Source of the DNA: a virus
Reading direction: 5' to 3' (one strand)
DNA: 44,214 nucleotides
IMG/VR virus record: IMGVR_UViG_3300027807_000002
Location: 1-44,214 of that record
In this document: in pieces, positions 14,829-23,670 of the stretch
How positions within the stretch are numbered: position 1 is the stretch's first letter
Layout: each line of letters begins with the position of its first letter
Position numbers and translations under genes: made by a program
Notes under the pieces: generated by a model
What the model was told of the DNA's origin: nothing
Database searches by the model: none
The model's input: only the letters and a program-made list of their open reading frames with translations

Positions 14829-16495
14829 TGCCGCGCGGGGCATACAAGCCCAGGCAATCCCAACCGCTCCCATCGGCTCCCACGCCGGGCAGGGCCGTGG
14901 ACGTGCTCGACCCAGTGGAGGTTCTAAACCTTAAGCGCCTTAGGGATGATTTTTATTACTTCGCCAAGCATTGCCTAAACATCCGCACGAAGGACGGCTC
15001 GGTCGTGCCGTTTGTGGTCAACTCCTCGCAAAAGCACCTGCACGAGGCCATGGAGCTGCAGGAGCGCGAGACCGGCCGGGTGCGGGTGATTATCGTCAAG
15101 GCGCGCCAGGTGGGGATCTCCACCTACCTGCAGGGCCGGTTTTATTGGAAGCTCTGGCGATCCAAGCGCGAGCTTCGGGCCTACATTCTCACTCACGAGC
15201 AGCCGGCCACGGACAACCTTTTCGGCATGGCGGAGCGCTTTCAGCAGCTGCACCCGCCCGAGCTCGCCCAGCCGCCGCTTGGCCGCTCTAACGCGAAGGA
15301 GCTGGTGTTTCAGGATACGGGGTGCGGCTACCAGGTGGCGACGGCCGGCACCAAGCAGGCCGGCCGATCCAACACCCTCCAGCTTTTCCACGGCTCGGAG
15401 GTGGGGTTCTGGCCCAACGCCGAGCTGCACGTGGACGCCAGTTTTGATGCGGTGGGCGACGTGGACGGCACGGAAATGGCCCTGGAGAGCACGGGCAACG
15501 GCACGTCAGGCGTGTTCTACAAGATGGCCCAGGCCGCTATCCGCGGCCAATCAAAATTCATGGCGGTGTTTGTGCCCTGGTTTTGGGACGACAGCTACAC
15601 CACGGACGGTTGGCCGGACGAGGTGCCCCTCAGCGACGAATGGTTGAGGTACGGCGCTACCCACAAGCTCGATTACGGTCAGCTTTATTGGGCCTACGAA
15701 AAGAACCGAGAGAAGGCCACCGCAATCTCGGCGCCCCTGGACAAGCCATGCTGGAAATTCCGGCAGGAGTATCCGGCCACTATTGACGAGGCGTTTCAAA
15801 GCTCGGGCGACAGCTTTATTCCCGCCATGTCCGTGCTGCGCGCTCGCCGGCCCGAGCAGCCGATCCAAGGGACAGGCCCTGTCATCTTGGGCGTGGACCC
15901 GGCCAGGTCGGGAGACCGCATCGGCATCATAGACCGGTGCGGGCGCAGGGCCGGGGAGCGGATCTGCGAGGCGTGGGATCCGCCGGGCAGCGCCACCGTT
16001 GCGGCTCAAATGGTGGCTCGCGTCATCGACCGGATCCGACCCGACGCGGTAAACATAGACATGGGCTCCATCGGGGCCGCGATTTACGACATGCTTGAGG
16101 ACTGGGGCTATGGCTATTGTCTCAACGCAGTCAATTTCGGATCCAATCCGATCTCCACCGGCCCCACAGGGGACGATCTTTATTACAACCGGAAGGCGGA
16201 AATGTACGACTGGGCGCGCGCCTGGTTTGAGGACGAGCGCGGCGTGCAGATCCCCGACCGCGACGATCTGCAGGGCGACCTCACCTCGGCCGTGTGGGGC
16301 AAAGGGGCTACGCGGTATAATTCAAACAACGAATTGATTATCGAAGAAAAGGCCTCGATTAAGGAGCGTCTGGGCGCGTCGCCCGACCTGGGCGATGCTT
16401 TCGTGCTCACGTTTGCGGTGCCGTTTTCCCACCTGGCGACGGCGCAGAACCAACCGCCGCCGCAACGGCGCGGCAAGAGAAGGACCGGATATTGA
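14828..16495 (+). CDS. terminase large subunit
   Basis: VIIVKARQVGISTY (Walker A-like), LFHGSEVGFW, LESTGNG, FVPWFWD, and nuclease-domain VLGVDPARSGDRIGI. 555 aa. Confidence 0.88.
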   Translation: MPRGAYKPRQSQPLPSAPTPGRAVDVLDPVEVLNLKRLRDDFYYFAKHCLNIRTKDGSVVPFVVNSSQKHLHEAMELQERETGRVRVIIVKARQVGISTYLQGRFYWKLWRSKRELRAYILTHEQPATDNLFGMAERFQQLHPPELAQPPLGRSNAKELVFQDTGCGYQVATAGTKQAGRSNTLQLFHGSEVGFWPNAELHVDASFDAVGDVDGTEMALESTGNGTSGVFYKMAQAAIRGQSKFMAVFVPWFWDDSYTTDGWPDEVPLSDEWLRYGATHKLDYGQLYWAYEKNREKATAISAPLDKPCWKFRQEYPATIDEAFQSSGDSFIPAMSVLRARRPEQPIQGTGPVILGVDPARSGDRIGIIDRCGRRAGERICEAWDPPGSATVAAQMVARVIDRIRPDAVNIDMGSIGAAIYDMLEDWGYGYCLNAVNFGSNPISTGPTGDDLYYNRKAEMYDWARAWFEDERGVQIPDRDDLQGDLTSAVWGKGATRYNSNNELIIEEKASIKERLGASPDLGDAFVLTFAVPFSHLATAQNQPPPQRRGKRRTGY

Positions 16496-16770
16496 AACGC
16501 CGCGCTTTTCTATCGTTCTTGGGCCTAGCGCCTTTAGCGCCGACCCTGGCCAAAGCCTTGCCGGACGCCCAGCCCTTGGTGCATGCGACCGAAGCGTTGC
16601 CCGCTTCGGACATGGCGGAGGTGAATGTCGCCCGCTATCTCGCGCTCCCGTACGGACTGGGCTACATGATCGCGCGCGACGATCTCAAAAAAGCGGCCGC
16701 CATTCGCGACCTTGAAGCGCAAAACATCGAAACCTTTTTCGACGTTGACGATTACAATGAGGCGTGGTGA
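16492..16770 (+). CDS. small protein with a twin-arginine (Tat)-like signal peptide
   Basis: MKRRAFLSFLGLAPLAPTLAKA|LP: RRxFL motif, then a hydrophobic region, then AKA. The TTG start overlaps the TerL stop. Third-position GC is high. Confidence 0.5.
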   Translation: MKRRAFLSFLGLAPLAPTLAKALPDAQPLVHATEALPASDMAEVNVARYLALPYGLGYMIARDDLKKAAAIRDLEAQNIETFFDVDDYNEAW

Positions 16771-17042
16771 TGAACGAACGCGTGGTGGCCTTTCCTGGCC
16801 AGGTTATCCCAACCGAAGTGCAAAAGCCCAACGCCGACCTGGTGGATAAGCTGCGCCAGCTCCTGGCCGAGGCCGAGAGCGGCGTCATGCGGGGCATGGC
16901 TTACGCCTGCGTCAACCGCTCGGGCACGCTCACCGGATGGGAGGGCGAGGGCACGGTGGCCACCCAAGGCTGGGCGATCCAGCGCCTCATGCACCAGTAC
17001 ATGGACGCCCAGCTGCACAATGACGAGGACGACGCCGTATGA
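16770..17042 (+). CDS. hypothetical protein
   Basis: TGATG coupling. 90 aa. Confidence 0.5.
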   Translation: MNERVVAFPGQVIPTEVQKPNADLVDKLRQLLAEAESGVMRGMAYACVNRSGTLTGWEGEGTVATQGWAIQRLMHQYMDAQLHNDEDDAV

Positions 17043-17227
17043 CGGCCGAAGCTTGGCGTTTCCATGTGTGGCGGCAAAACCAAGTCTGCGCGCGGTGTGG
17101 AAATTCGCGCCAGGACGTGGAGGACGGCCTCGCCTCCATGTACTGTGAGCCCAAGCCGGCTTCGCCCGAGGAGACGGCCGCTGCAGACCGATGGTGGTTG
17201 CAGGTTTTTAAGGACAACGACGAATGA
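17039..17227 (+). CDS. hypothetical protein
   Basis: 62 aa, contains CARCG. Coupled. Confidence 0.45.
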   Translation: MTAEAWRFHVWRQNQVCARCGNSRQDVEDGLASMYCEPKPASPEETAAADRWWLQVFKDNDE

Positions 17228-17535
17228 CCGAACCCCAAGCCGGCATGCAGGCGATCTCGGCCATCCGCCAGCAACGTCGGCCGAAATACGGCAACGATAT
17301 GGTCGTGCCCTGGCCCACCCTCGGCAGCATGGTGATGGTCTACACCCCGAAATTTCCTAGCGCCGCCGTGGCCATCGTGTCGGAGACCAAGCCGGAAAGC
17401 TACGTCATCACCGCCCACGTCATGGATCCCTCAGGGCGGGTGACGGTTTTGGCCGGCGTCGGCTGGAATCAGGGCGGACCTGGCCCCAGGTGGGACTGGC
17501 CCACGTTTACGCCCATGCAATTCACCCGCGCATGA
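17224..17535 (+). CDS. hypothetical protein
   Basis: 103 aa, coupled. Confidence 0.5.
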   Translation: MTEPQAGMQAISAIRQQRRPKYGNDMVVPWPTLGSMVMVYTPKFPSAAVAIVSETKPESYVITAHVMDPSGRVTVLAGVGWNQGGPGPRWDWPTFTPMQFTRA

Positions 17536-17870
17536 CCGCCAGCGTCAACGCTTACAGCCTCGGCCGTCCCGTCACCCTTGAGGATTGCGAGGTCGAAGCC
17601 GAAAAGCCGGTGGACTACACGCCCGACGCTTACGCCCCAGTGCGCGCGCTCCTGCGCGAGGCGGGCATGGCGTTATGGTACACGATGCGTGCGCATCCCG
17701 ACCACCAACGCGACGCCTACGGCTACGCCAACGCCCTTTTAGAGGCGGCCAACGATCTTTTGAGGAGGCCCTTACGCTATGACGGCGGAGGACAGCATCA
17801 AGCGGCTGGAGAAGCTGGCGATCAAAGCGGACGCCTTATCGCGCAAGGCGAAGGGGCAGGCCAAGGCTAA
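17532..17870 (+). CDS. hypothetical protein
   Basis: ATGA start at 17532. The last 30 or so codons have low third-position GC and overlap the next small ORF. Confidence 0.45.
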   Translation: MTASVNAYSLGRPVTLEDCEVEAEKPVDYTPDAYAPVRALLREAGMALWYTMRAHPDHQRDAYGYANALLEAANDLLRRPLRYDGGGQHQAAGEAGDQSGRLIAQGEGAGQG

Positions 17871-17907
17871 GCCCGCCCCTCGATCAAAACCCAAGCTTTT
17901 GAGTTAG
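17779..17907 (+). CDS. 42-aa Lys-rich small protein
   Basis: GGAGG SD at 17763-17767. MTAEDSIKRLEKLAIKADALSRKAKGQAKAKPAPRSKPKLLS. By hand count, third-position GC is about 76%, against about 40% in the overlapping frame. Confidence 0.5.
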   Translation: MTAEDSIKRLEKLAIKADALSRKAKGQAKAKPAPRSKPKLLS

Positions 17908-18200
17908 ACCTCTCCCATGGGCTTGCCCACGAGGGGATGCGGCCGGGTGACGTTCTCGACCACTTCGGCCACGCCTGGCTCCATGTCATGGGCCGCGGCG
18001 CTCTTAGGATTAGTCTGCACGAAAATGGGTCCGTCCGCTCTGAACGCCCGCGCCACGGGTTTGGTGTGGGCCTCATGGTTCACGAAGGCCGTATCCGCGG
18101 CGTCCTGGGCGATCACAGTGTCCGCCTTTTTGGCGCGGGGCTTGCGGAACACGGGTGACCGGGGATCAGGAAGGATCCGGCCTTTAGGCGGCAACGTCAT
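17904..18200 (-). CDS. 98-aa protein of the antisense cassette, unknown function
   Basis: GGAG lies 6 nt before the ATG at 18200. MTLPPKGRILPDPRSPVFRKPRAKKADTVIAQD...FVNHEAHTKP...RPHPLVGKPMGEV. Third-position GC is high on the minus strand, and the plus-frame ORF 17917..18339 is not protein-like. Confidence 0.55.
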   Translation of the reverse strand: MTLPPKGRILPDPRSPVFRKPRAKKADTVIAQDAADTAFVNHEAHTKPVARAFRADGPIFVQTNPKSAAAHDMEPGVAEVVENVTRPHPLVGKPMGEV

Positions 18201-18246
18201 GGGGCGCTCCATTGAGTCGAGACGGGCGACGCTACGCCAGAACCGG

Positions 18247-18369
18247 CTAGATGCGAACCTGGGCGATATGCGCGAAAGAATGGCGCAGGTGGTGGTGGTG
18301 CGAGACGCACAAGCTCGCGCCCGCAAGGGCCAGCACTAGGCAGATGGACAGATTGCTCATGGACCACAT
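18247..18369 (-). CDS. 40-aa His-rich peptide with an N-terminal signal/TM segment
   Basis: GAAGGAGAA SD lies 6 nt before the ATG at 18369. MWSMSNLSICLVLALAGASLCVSHHHHLRHSFAHIAQVRI. Confidence 0.5.
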   Translation of the reverse strand: MWSMSNLSICLVLALAGASLCVSHHHHLRHSFAHIAQVRI

Positions 18370-18468
18370 GGCGCGTTCTCCTTCGCTGCGCCTATGGTTA
18401 GGATCATGGGTTAAGGGTTTGTAAGGTCTGGGCCCGAATCGCCAGGCCTGTACGATAAGAGGGGACGC

Positions 18469-20748
18469 ATGGCGCAGGAGACGACGCGAGGGATGCGGGT
18501 GCGCCAGGTGAAGCCACTCACCCAGCCGCACGCCCGCATCAATACCGACATGCCCGGCGCAGATGCCATGGATCCCCACGCCGACAAGAACGGCTCCGCC
18601 CTGTCGGCCGTGAACGACGCCATGCCGGCCAAGCCTAAGGGCGTGCCCGAAAGCATCCATCGGCTCATGACCTTCGCCTCCACCTCAGGCAACCTTTGTC
18701 CCATGCTCGACCCTGGCCAGGTGGCGGCCGTGGGCCACTCCGCCCTTATGGAGTGGAGCGAGGACGCGGGTACGCATGAGCCTTGGAAAGAACAGGCGCA
18801 GGACGCGCTGAACGAAGCGGCTCAAGATGATCCGGACGCGCCGGCCGAGGGCACGGGCAAATCCACCCCCTGGGAGGACGCGTCAAATATCAAATACCCC
18901 ATCCTGGCTAAGGCGACCCTCGATTGGAACGCCCGCGCTTACCCCGAGCTCGTCAAGGGCGACCAGCTCGTGAAGGCCAAGGTGTTCGCGCCCACGAACG
19001 ACGGCGTGAGCCCTGGCGAAATCGCCAAGGACGGTCCCAAGCCCCAGACGCCGCAGGACCAAATGGCGGCGGCCAAAACCATGCAGCAAGGCGACCAGGC
19101 GGCGGCGCAGCTGGCGGACGCCAAGCGCGAGCGCCAGGCCCGCGCGGACCGCGTGGCGAAATTCATCAATCACGTCATTTTTTACCAGATGGACGGTTGG
19201 GAGACGGACACGGACCTCATGTTCGCACAGCTGCCGGCGGCCGGGCAGGGCTTCAAAAAGGTCTACATGGGCGTGGACGGGGTGCGCTCGGATTTCGTTT
19301 CCGCCATTGACCTTGTGGTGGATAATGACCGCACTAAAACTCTGCGCCGATGCCCGCGCGTGACGCATGAGTTTGAAAAATATCCCTACGAAATTGAGGA
19401 GATGCAGCTTGCGGGGCGGTGGAACGACGTAGACCTGCCCTACGTGGGCAACGATCCCCAGGCGCCCCGCAAGCTTGTGGAGCAAATGCGCAATGAGGAC
19501 TTGGATCAGGACGGGGTGACCGAACCATACCTTGTCACCATCGACGTGGAGACGCGCCAGGTGCTTTGCATCGAAGCCGCCTACACCCTCGATGACGTGA
19601 CCATTGACGAGGCGTCCGATGTGCCGCGCGTCGTGAAGTTCAACCGCTGGCGTTCCTATGCGGATTTCAAATTTCTGGTGGACCCCCGCGGCAAATTTTA
19701 CGGCATGGGATTTGGCAAGCTCCTGGCCTCGATCACGGATGCGGTTGACTCAAGCATCAACCAGATGATGGACGCCAACCATGCGGTGATCGCAGGCGGC
19801 GGGTTTATCGGCTCGGGCGTGCGCCTCACCGGTTCGGGCCAGGGCGGGATCCTTTATTTCCAGCCGGGCCAATACCAGACGGTGAGCCTGCCGGGCGGCG
19901 ACATTCGCCAAGCCATCTATGAGAAAACCACGCCCAACCTCTCGCCCGCGACGTTTCAGCTCCTGGAGCTTTTGCTTTCCGCGGCGAAGGACCTGGCTGC
20001 CGTCAAGGACGTGCTTTCCGGCGAGGGGCCGCAAAACGCCCCTGTGGGCACGACGCTGGCGATTCAGCAACAGGCCATGCAGACGTTCAGCGCCATATTC
20101 AAGCGCGTCTATCGCGGTTTCCGCGAGGAGGCGTCCATGATTTACGAGTGCCTGCGCCGGTGGCGAAGGCCCCAGGACGTGCAGCTTTACGAGGAGCTGA
20201 CAGGGGGAAACTGGGACAACGATTTCGCCGCGGACGATAAAGACTTAGAGCTCGTGGCGGATCCCAACGTGATCTCACGGCTCATGAAAATCTCGCGGGT
20301 GCAGGCCCTTACGCAGACGGCGGAAAGCGAAGTGGGCAAAGCCGCCGGCATGCTGGAAAGCGGCCCGGCCCAAGAGCTCGTGCGCGAAGCCCTTGACGCC
20401 ATGGACGTGGACCGTCCCGAACGGTTCCTGGCTAAGCCCCAACCTAACCCCGAGCTCATGGCCAAGGTGGCCCAAACGCAAGCGGACGCGGCCAGGGCCT
20501 CGGCCGGCGCGGCGCTGGACCGTCAAAAAGCGGACAAGCTTGAAAGCGACGCCAACCTCGACCGAGCCAAGGCGCTCCGCGAGCTGGCGCTCGCCACCAA
20601 CGAGGCCCACGGAGTGAACGCCGCGGCGGACGCCGCCGTGGGATCAGACACCATGCAGGAGGCCCAGGCGCCCGATGGACAGACAGAGCCAACCCAACCG
20701 AACCCAGGACAAGCGCCAAGCGGCGGAACGGCCCCCAGCCCGGCCTAA
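18469..20748 (+). CDS. portal protein
   Basis: 759 aa, the largest head-module ORF after TerL. PWEDASNIKYPILAKATLDWNARAYPEL is a portal-type motif. GAGGGG SD before 18469. Confidence 0.75.
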   Translation: MAQETTRGMRVRQVKPLTQPHARINTDMPGADAMDPHADKNGSALSAVNDAMPAKPKGVPESIHRLMTFASTSGNLCPMLDPGQVAAVGHSALMEWSEDAGTHEPWKEQAQDALNEAAQDDPDAPAEGTGKSTPWEDASNIKYPILAKATLDWNARAYPELVKGDQLVKAKVFAPTNDGVSPGEIAKDGPKPQTPQDQMAAAKTMQQGDQAAAQLADAKRERQARADRVAKFINHVIFYQMDGWETDTDLMFAQLPAAGQGFKKVYMGVDGVRSDFVSAIDLVVDNDRTKTLRRCPRVTHEFEKYPYEIEEMQLAGRWNDVDLPYVGNDPQAPRKLVEQMRNEDLDQDGVTEPYLVTIDVETRQVLCIEAAYTLDDVTIDEASDVPRVVKFNRWRSYADFKFLVDPRGKFYGMGFGKLLASITDAVDSSINQMMDANHAVIAGGGFIGSGVRLTGSGQGGILYFQPGQYQTVSLPGGDIRQAIYEKTTPNLSPATFQLLELLLSAAKDLAAVKDVLSGEGPQNAPVGTTLAIQQQAMQTFSAIFKRVYRGFREEASMIYECLRRWRRPQDVQLYEELTGGNWDNDFAADDKDLELVADPNVISRLMKISRVQALTQTAESEVGKAAGMLESGPAQELVREALDAMDVDRPERFLAKPQPNPELMAKVAQTQADAARASAGAALDRQKADKLESDANLDRAKALRELALATNEAHGVNAAADAAVGSDTMQEAQAPDGQTEPTQPNPGQAPSGGTAPSPA

Positions 20749-21049
20749 GCCCCTGCCCCAGCCGCTGCAGTATCAGCCCGACGCGGAGGAGTTCGCGGCC
20801 TGGTGCGAGCAGCGTGTCACGCGATGGGTGGCCACCGTTTGGCTGATGATGGCGGAGGCTGAAAAGCGCGCCTGGCTTGACGCCAGCTGGAGCGAAGGCT
20901 TGGCCAACCCACAGACCTTAGCCGCCGCGCGGGCCTCCGCGACGGCTTACCTTTCAATGCTGGAGGCCACATGGAGCGACTACAATGGTTTTATCGCGGG
21001 CAACAGCCCAGGAGCTGGCTCGACGGGATCTAGACCGGGCCAGACGTAA
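20675..21049 (+). CDS. hypothetical head-module protein
   Basis: 124-aa ORF overlapping the portal 3' end by 74 nt. The start is uncertain. Confidence 0.4.
   Translation: MDRQSQPNRTQDKRQAAERPPARPKPLPQPLQYQPDAEEFAAWCEQRVTRWVATVWLMMAEAEKRAWLDASWSEGLANPQTLAAARASATAYLSMLEATWSDYNGFIAGNSPGAGSTGSRPGQT
20813..20826 (+). repeat. dispersed motif copy CGTGTCACGCGATG
   Basis: Read directly. Confidence 0.8.
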
Positions 21050-21473
21050 CGGACAGCTTCCCCCAGGCGTGAAGCTGGGCGTCCCGACCCTCGGCAGCGT
21101 GGGCGACGTTTACCTGGAGGACGTGCCGAAACTGGAGGATTGCTCACCCGGCATCGAACCCACGGAATACAACGTGGTGATCATCATGGCCGAGGTGCGC
21201 GACATGGCCGGCGGGATTTACATTCCCGACGAGACCAAGGAGCGCCTGGTGGACGCGTGCCAGGTGGGCCGCATCATCGCCACTTCGCCCGTGGCGTTTA
21301 ACTATGACCGCTTCCCCGCCGGTTCTACGCCCAAGGTCGGGGACATGATTTGGTTCGCCCGGTTCGCCGGGGGAATTTTCACCGGCAAGGACGGCAAAAC
21401 CTACCGCCTGATCAAGGACAAGGACGTGATGGCGGTGATCCCGCCCGAGGGAGCAGTCCATGCCGAGGCCTAA
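20985..21473 (+). CDS. GroES/Cpn10-like domain protein (putative)
   Basis: EYNVVIIMAEVRDMAGGIYIPDETKERLVDACQVGRIIA.....PKVGDMIWFARFAGGIFTGKDGKTYRLIKDKDVMAVI follows the Cpn10 pattern (..GGI.lP......q.G.VvA.G......vkvGD.V.f..yaG.e....g..y.l....DI.avi). GGAG SD lies 8 nt upstream. Confidence 0.45.
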   Translation: MVLSRATAQELARRDLDRARRNGQLPPGVKLGVPTLGSVGDVYLEDVPKLEDCSPGIEPTEYNVVIIMAEVRDMAGGIYIPDETKERLVDACQVGRIIATSPVAFNYDRFPAGSTPKVGDMIWFARFAGGIFTGKDGKTYRLIKDKDVMAVIPPEGAVHAEA

Positions 21474-22362
21474 GCGATTTGCGGAGCGCGAGGCGGCCAT
21501 CGCCGCGGGGGTTAAGGTAGCGGAGCGGGATCCGCCCGCTGCGTCACCAAGTGACACGGACAACCTTGACGCCGGCCAAAACGTGAGCCAACCGTTACGC
21601 CGGACTGGCGCGATTCTTCCCGAGGCGGGAGACGCGGCGGTTTATGAGCCCGTGGCAAGGACCTTCGGGTGGGTTCCAAGGGAAGAATGGACCAGGGATC
21701 CGTCGCAATGGACGGACGCCAAGGCCTTCCTGGAGGACCAGCCCCGCCGCCTGGCAGACATGAAATCGCGAATCCGGACCCTCGGCCAAGTGACCGAGCG
21801 GCAGATGGAGGAGGAGCGAAGGAAGGCCAGAGAGGAGGCGGAGCGGGCCGTCCGGGACGCTGCAGCATCCCAGGATCCAGATCGCGCCGTCCAGGCCGCC
21901 GAAAGGCTGGCGCAGGCGGCGGGGCCTCCGCCTGAAACTCAGGCGTGGCTTTCGCGAAACCCGTGGTTCCATAACGACCCCGCCGCCCAAGCCCTCGCGC
22001 GCACCGTCGTGGACCGCGAGGTGAAAGCGGGTCGGACCTATTCGGAGCAGCTTGCCGCGGCCGAGGCCGAGGTGCGCAAAAGATTTCCCGAGCATTTCGG
22101 CGGTGCGCCGCCGGATCTCGGAGAGCCCCGAGGGGAGACCAGGCTTTCCGATCTCGCCCGGCGCGAACCTCCCCAGATGGCGGAGGGCCAGCGCGGCGGA
22201 TCAAGCCGGCGAGCGGACAAGGCCAAGGGCTGGGCGGAGATCCCGTCCCTCGACCGCGAAGCCATGAAACCGTTTTTCAAGCGGTTCAGGTCACGCGGTT
22301 GGGAGGATCCCAAGATCCAAGCCGAGCTGGCGGCCAGTTACTGGGCTAACAAAGGGGAGTGA
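21460..22362 (+). CDS. head assembly / scaffolding-like protein (putative)
   Basis: 300 aa, highly charged and helical (EEERRKAREEAERAVRDA). Assigned from its position between the portal and capsid genes. Confidence 0.35.
   Translation: MPRPKRFAEREAAIAAGVKVAERDPPAASPSDTDNLDAGQNVSQPLRRTGAILPEAGDAAVYEPVARTFGWVPREEWTRDPSQWTDAKAFLEDQPRRLADMKSRIRTLGQVTERQMEEERRKAREEAERAVRDAAASQDPDRAVQAAERLAQAAGPPPETQAWLSRNPWFHNDPAAQALARTVVDREVKAGRTYSEQLAAAEAEVRKRFPEHFGGAPPDLGEPRGETRLSDLARREPPQMAEGQRGGSSRRADKAKGWAEIPSLDREAMKPFFKRFRSRGWEDPKIQAELAASYWANKGE
21545..21558 (-). repeat. dispersed motif copy CGTGTCACTTGGTG (reverse complement)
   Basis: The plus strand reads CACCAAGTGACACG. Confidence 0.8.
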
Positions 22363-22394
22363 ACGCGGCGCGTCTCTCCCCATGAGAGGCGAGC

Positions 22395-22979
22395 ATGACG
22401 GACCAGGCGAGCGCGACCCCAGACTATAACCCGGCCCGAGGCCGCGAACCTCGGGCCGAGGGCTTCAAACGGGAGCGCCGCCGCCGTCGCAAGGGCACCA
22501 TCACGCGCATGGCGCAGATGAAGCTCGATATCTTCGACCCGGCCGAGCTCGACCTGGCGAATTACGTTTACCGGTGGGTCAACGATGAGGACAACCGGCT
22601 CGCCATGCTCACCCGCATGGACGACTACGATTTTTGCAACACCAGCGACATCAAAGGGTTCGACGCCGCGCGCTCCGCAATCGACACGGACAGCGAGAGC
22701 GATAACCGGGTGCGTATGATCGTGGGCACTAACAAGGGCGGCCACCCGGTCTATTCCTACCTCCTGAAAAAGCCTCGCGATTATTACGAGGAGGACCAGG
22801 AGGAAGGCGTGCGCGCCCGCGAGGACATGATGGCCGGCCGCGTGTTTCGCGGCGAGGCGAACAACGAGCAGGAGGAGGGAAAGGACACGGAGACCTTTTA
22901 CGTGCCCGACCCTGCAAACGTCTCCCTAGGCGGGGTTCCCCGCCGCAGGGGTCCCGTCACCCGCACGACGAAAGGCTAA
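22395..22979 (+). CDS. head assembly protein (putative scaffold)
   Basis: 194 aa. Basic N-terminus and acidic C-terminus. YVYRWVNDEDNRL motif. Assigned from its position upstream of the capsid genes. Confidence 0.3.
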   Translation: MTDQASATPDYNPARGREPRAEGFKRERRRRRKGTITRMAQMKLDIFDPAELDLANYVYRWVNDEDNRLAMLTRMDDYDFCNTSDIKGFDAARSAIDTDSESDNRVRMIVGTNKGGHPVYSYLLKKPRDYYEEDQEEGVRAREDMMAGRVFRGEANNEQEEGKDTETFYVPDPANVSLGGVPRRRGPVTRTTKG

Positions 22980-22988
22980 GGCGCACTC

Positions 22989-23633
22989 ATGTCCATTTCT
23001 AACCAAAACACCCCTTTCGGTCTCTCGCCGGTCCAGCGTTTCGACGGCGCGAGCTGGCGCGACAGCCTGCGCAAGTATTACGTCCCCGCGGCCAACACCA
23101 ACGCGCTTTTTGTGGGCGACCTGATCGTAAAGGTGGCCGGCTCGGCCGACATTCAAGGCGTCAACGGCATTGATTTGGCGTCCGCGGGCGGCGCCGCCAC
23201 GGGGGTGATTTGCGGATGGCTGGGGGTTTGCGCGGCCGGTTTGGCCAGCCCTGCCTTCTTCGCGCTTTCGGGCACGCCGGGCAACATTTATCGGCCGGCG
23301 TCAACCTCCTTTGATTATTACGCCCTCGTCAACGATGACCCGGAAGCGGAGTTCTGGATCCAGGAAAACGACGATTACGCCACCACCACGGCCAATCCCC
23401 TGCCCGTGGCCGCCGTGGGCAAAAACGCCAACATCATCCACGCGGCGGGGTCGATCTACACGGGCCTGTCGGGCACCATGCTGGACGCCTCGACGGTGGC
23501 CACCACCTCGACGCTCAATCTCTCCATCAAGGGGCTAGTGGGCCAGCCGGCCGCGGTTCCGGGCGCCCTCTACGGCAAGGCGATTGTAACCATCAATAAC
23601 CATACCGAGACGCCGCACCAGGCGGGCATCTAA
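22989..23633 (+). CDS. capsid decoration / cement-like structural protein (putative)
   Basis: 214 aa, beta-rich, G/A/T-rich, immediately upstream of the major capsid gene. This is the arrangement in BPP-1-like podoviruses. Confidence 0.35.
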   Translation: MSISNQNTPFGLSPVQRFDGASWRDSLRKYYVPAANTNALFVGDLIVKVAGSADIQGVNGIDLASAGGAATGVICGWLGVCAAGLASPAFFALSGTPGNIYRPASTSFDYYALVNDDPEAEFWIQENDDYATTTANPLPVAAVGKNANIIHAAGSIYTGLSGTMLDASTVATTSTLNLSIKGLVGQPAAVPGALYGKAIVTINNHTETPHQAGI

Positions 23634-23670
23634 TCGGCCCTTGGAATCAACCTTTTAGGAGCTTCGCCAC

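Noticed and set aside
18289-18300. A (CAC)4 run, encoding HHHH, as a slippage site that would fuse the 40-aa peptide with the downstream 98-aa ORF.
   Set aside because: The frame that would connect them (…RTTTTCAILSRISPRF…) is not protein-like, and the second ORF has its own GGAG SD and ATG. They are treated as two genes.
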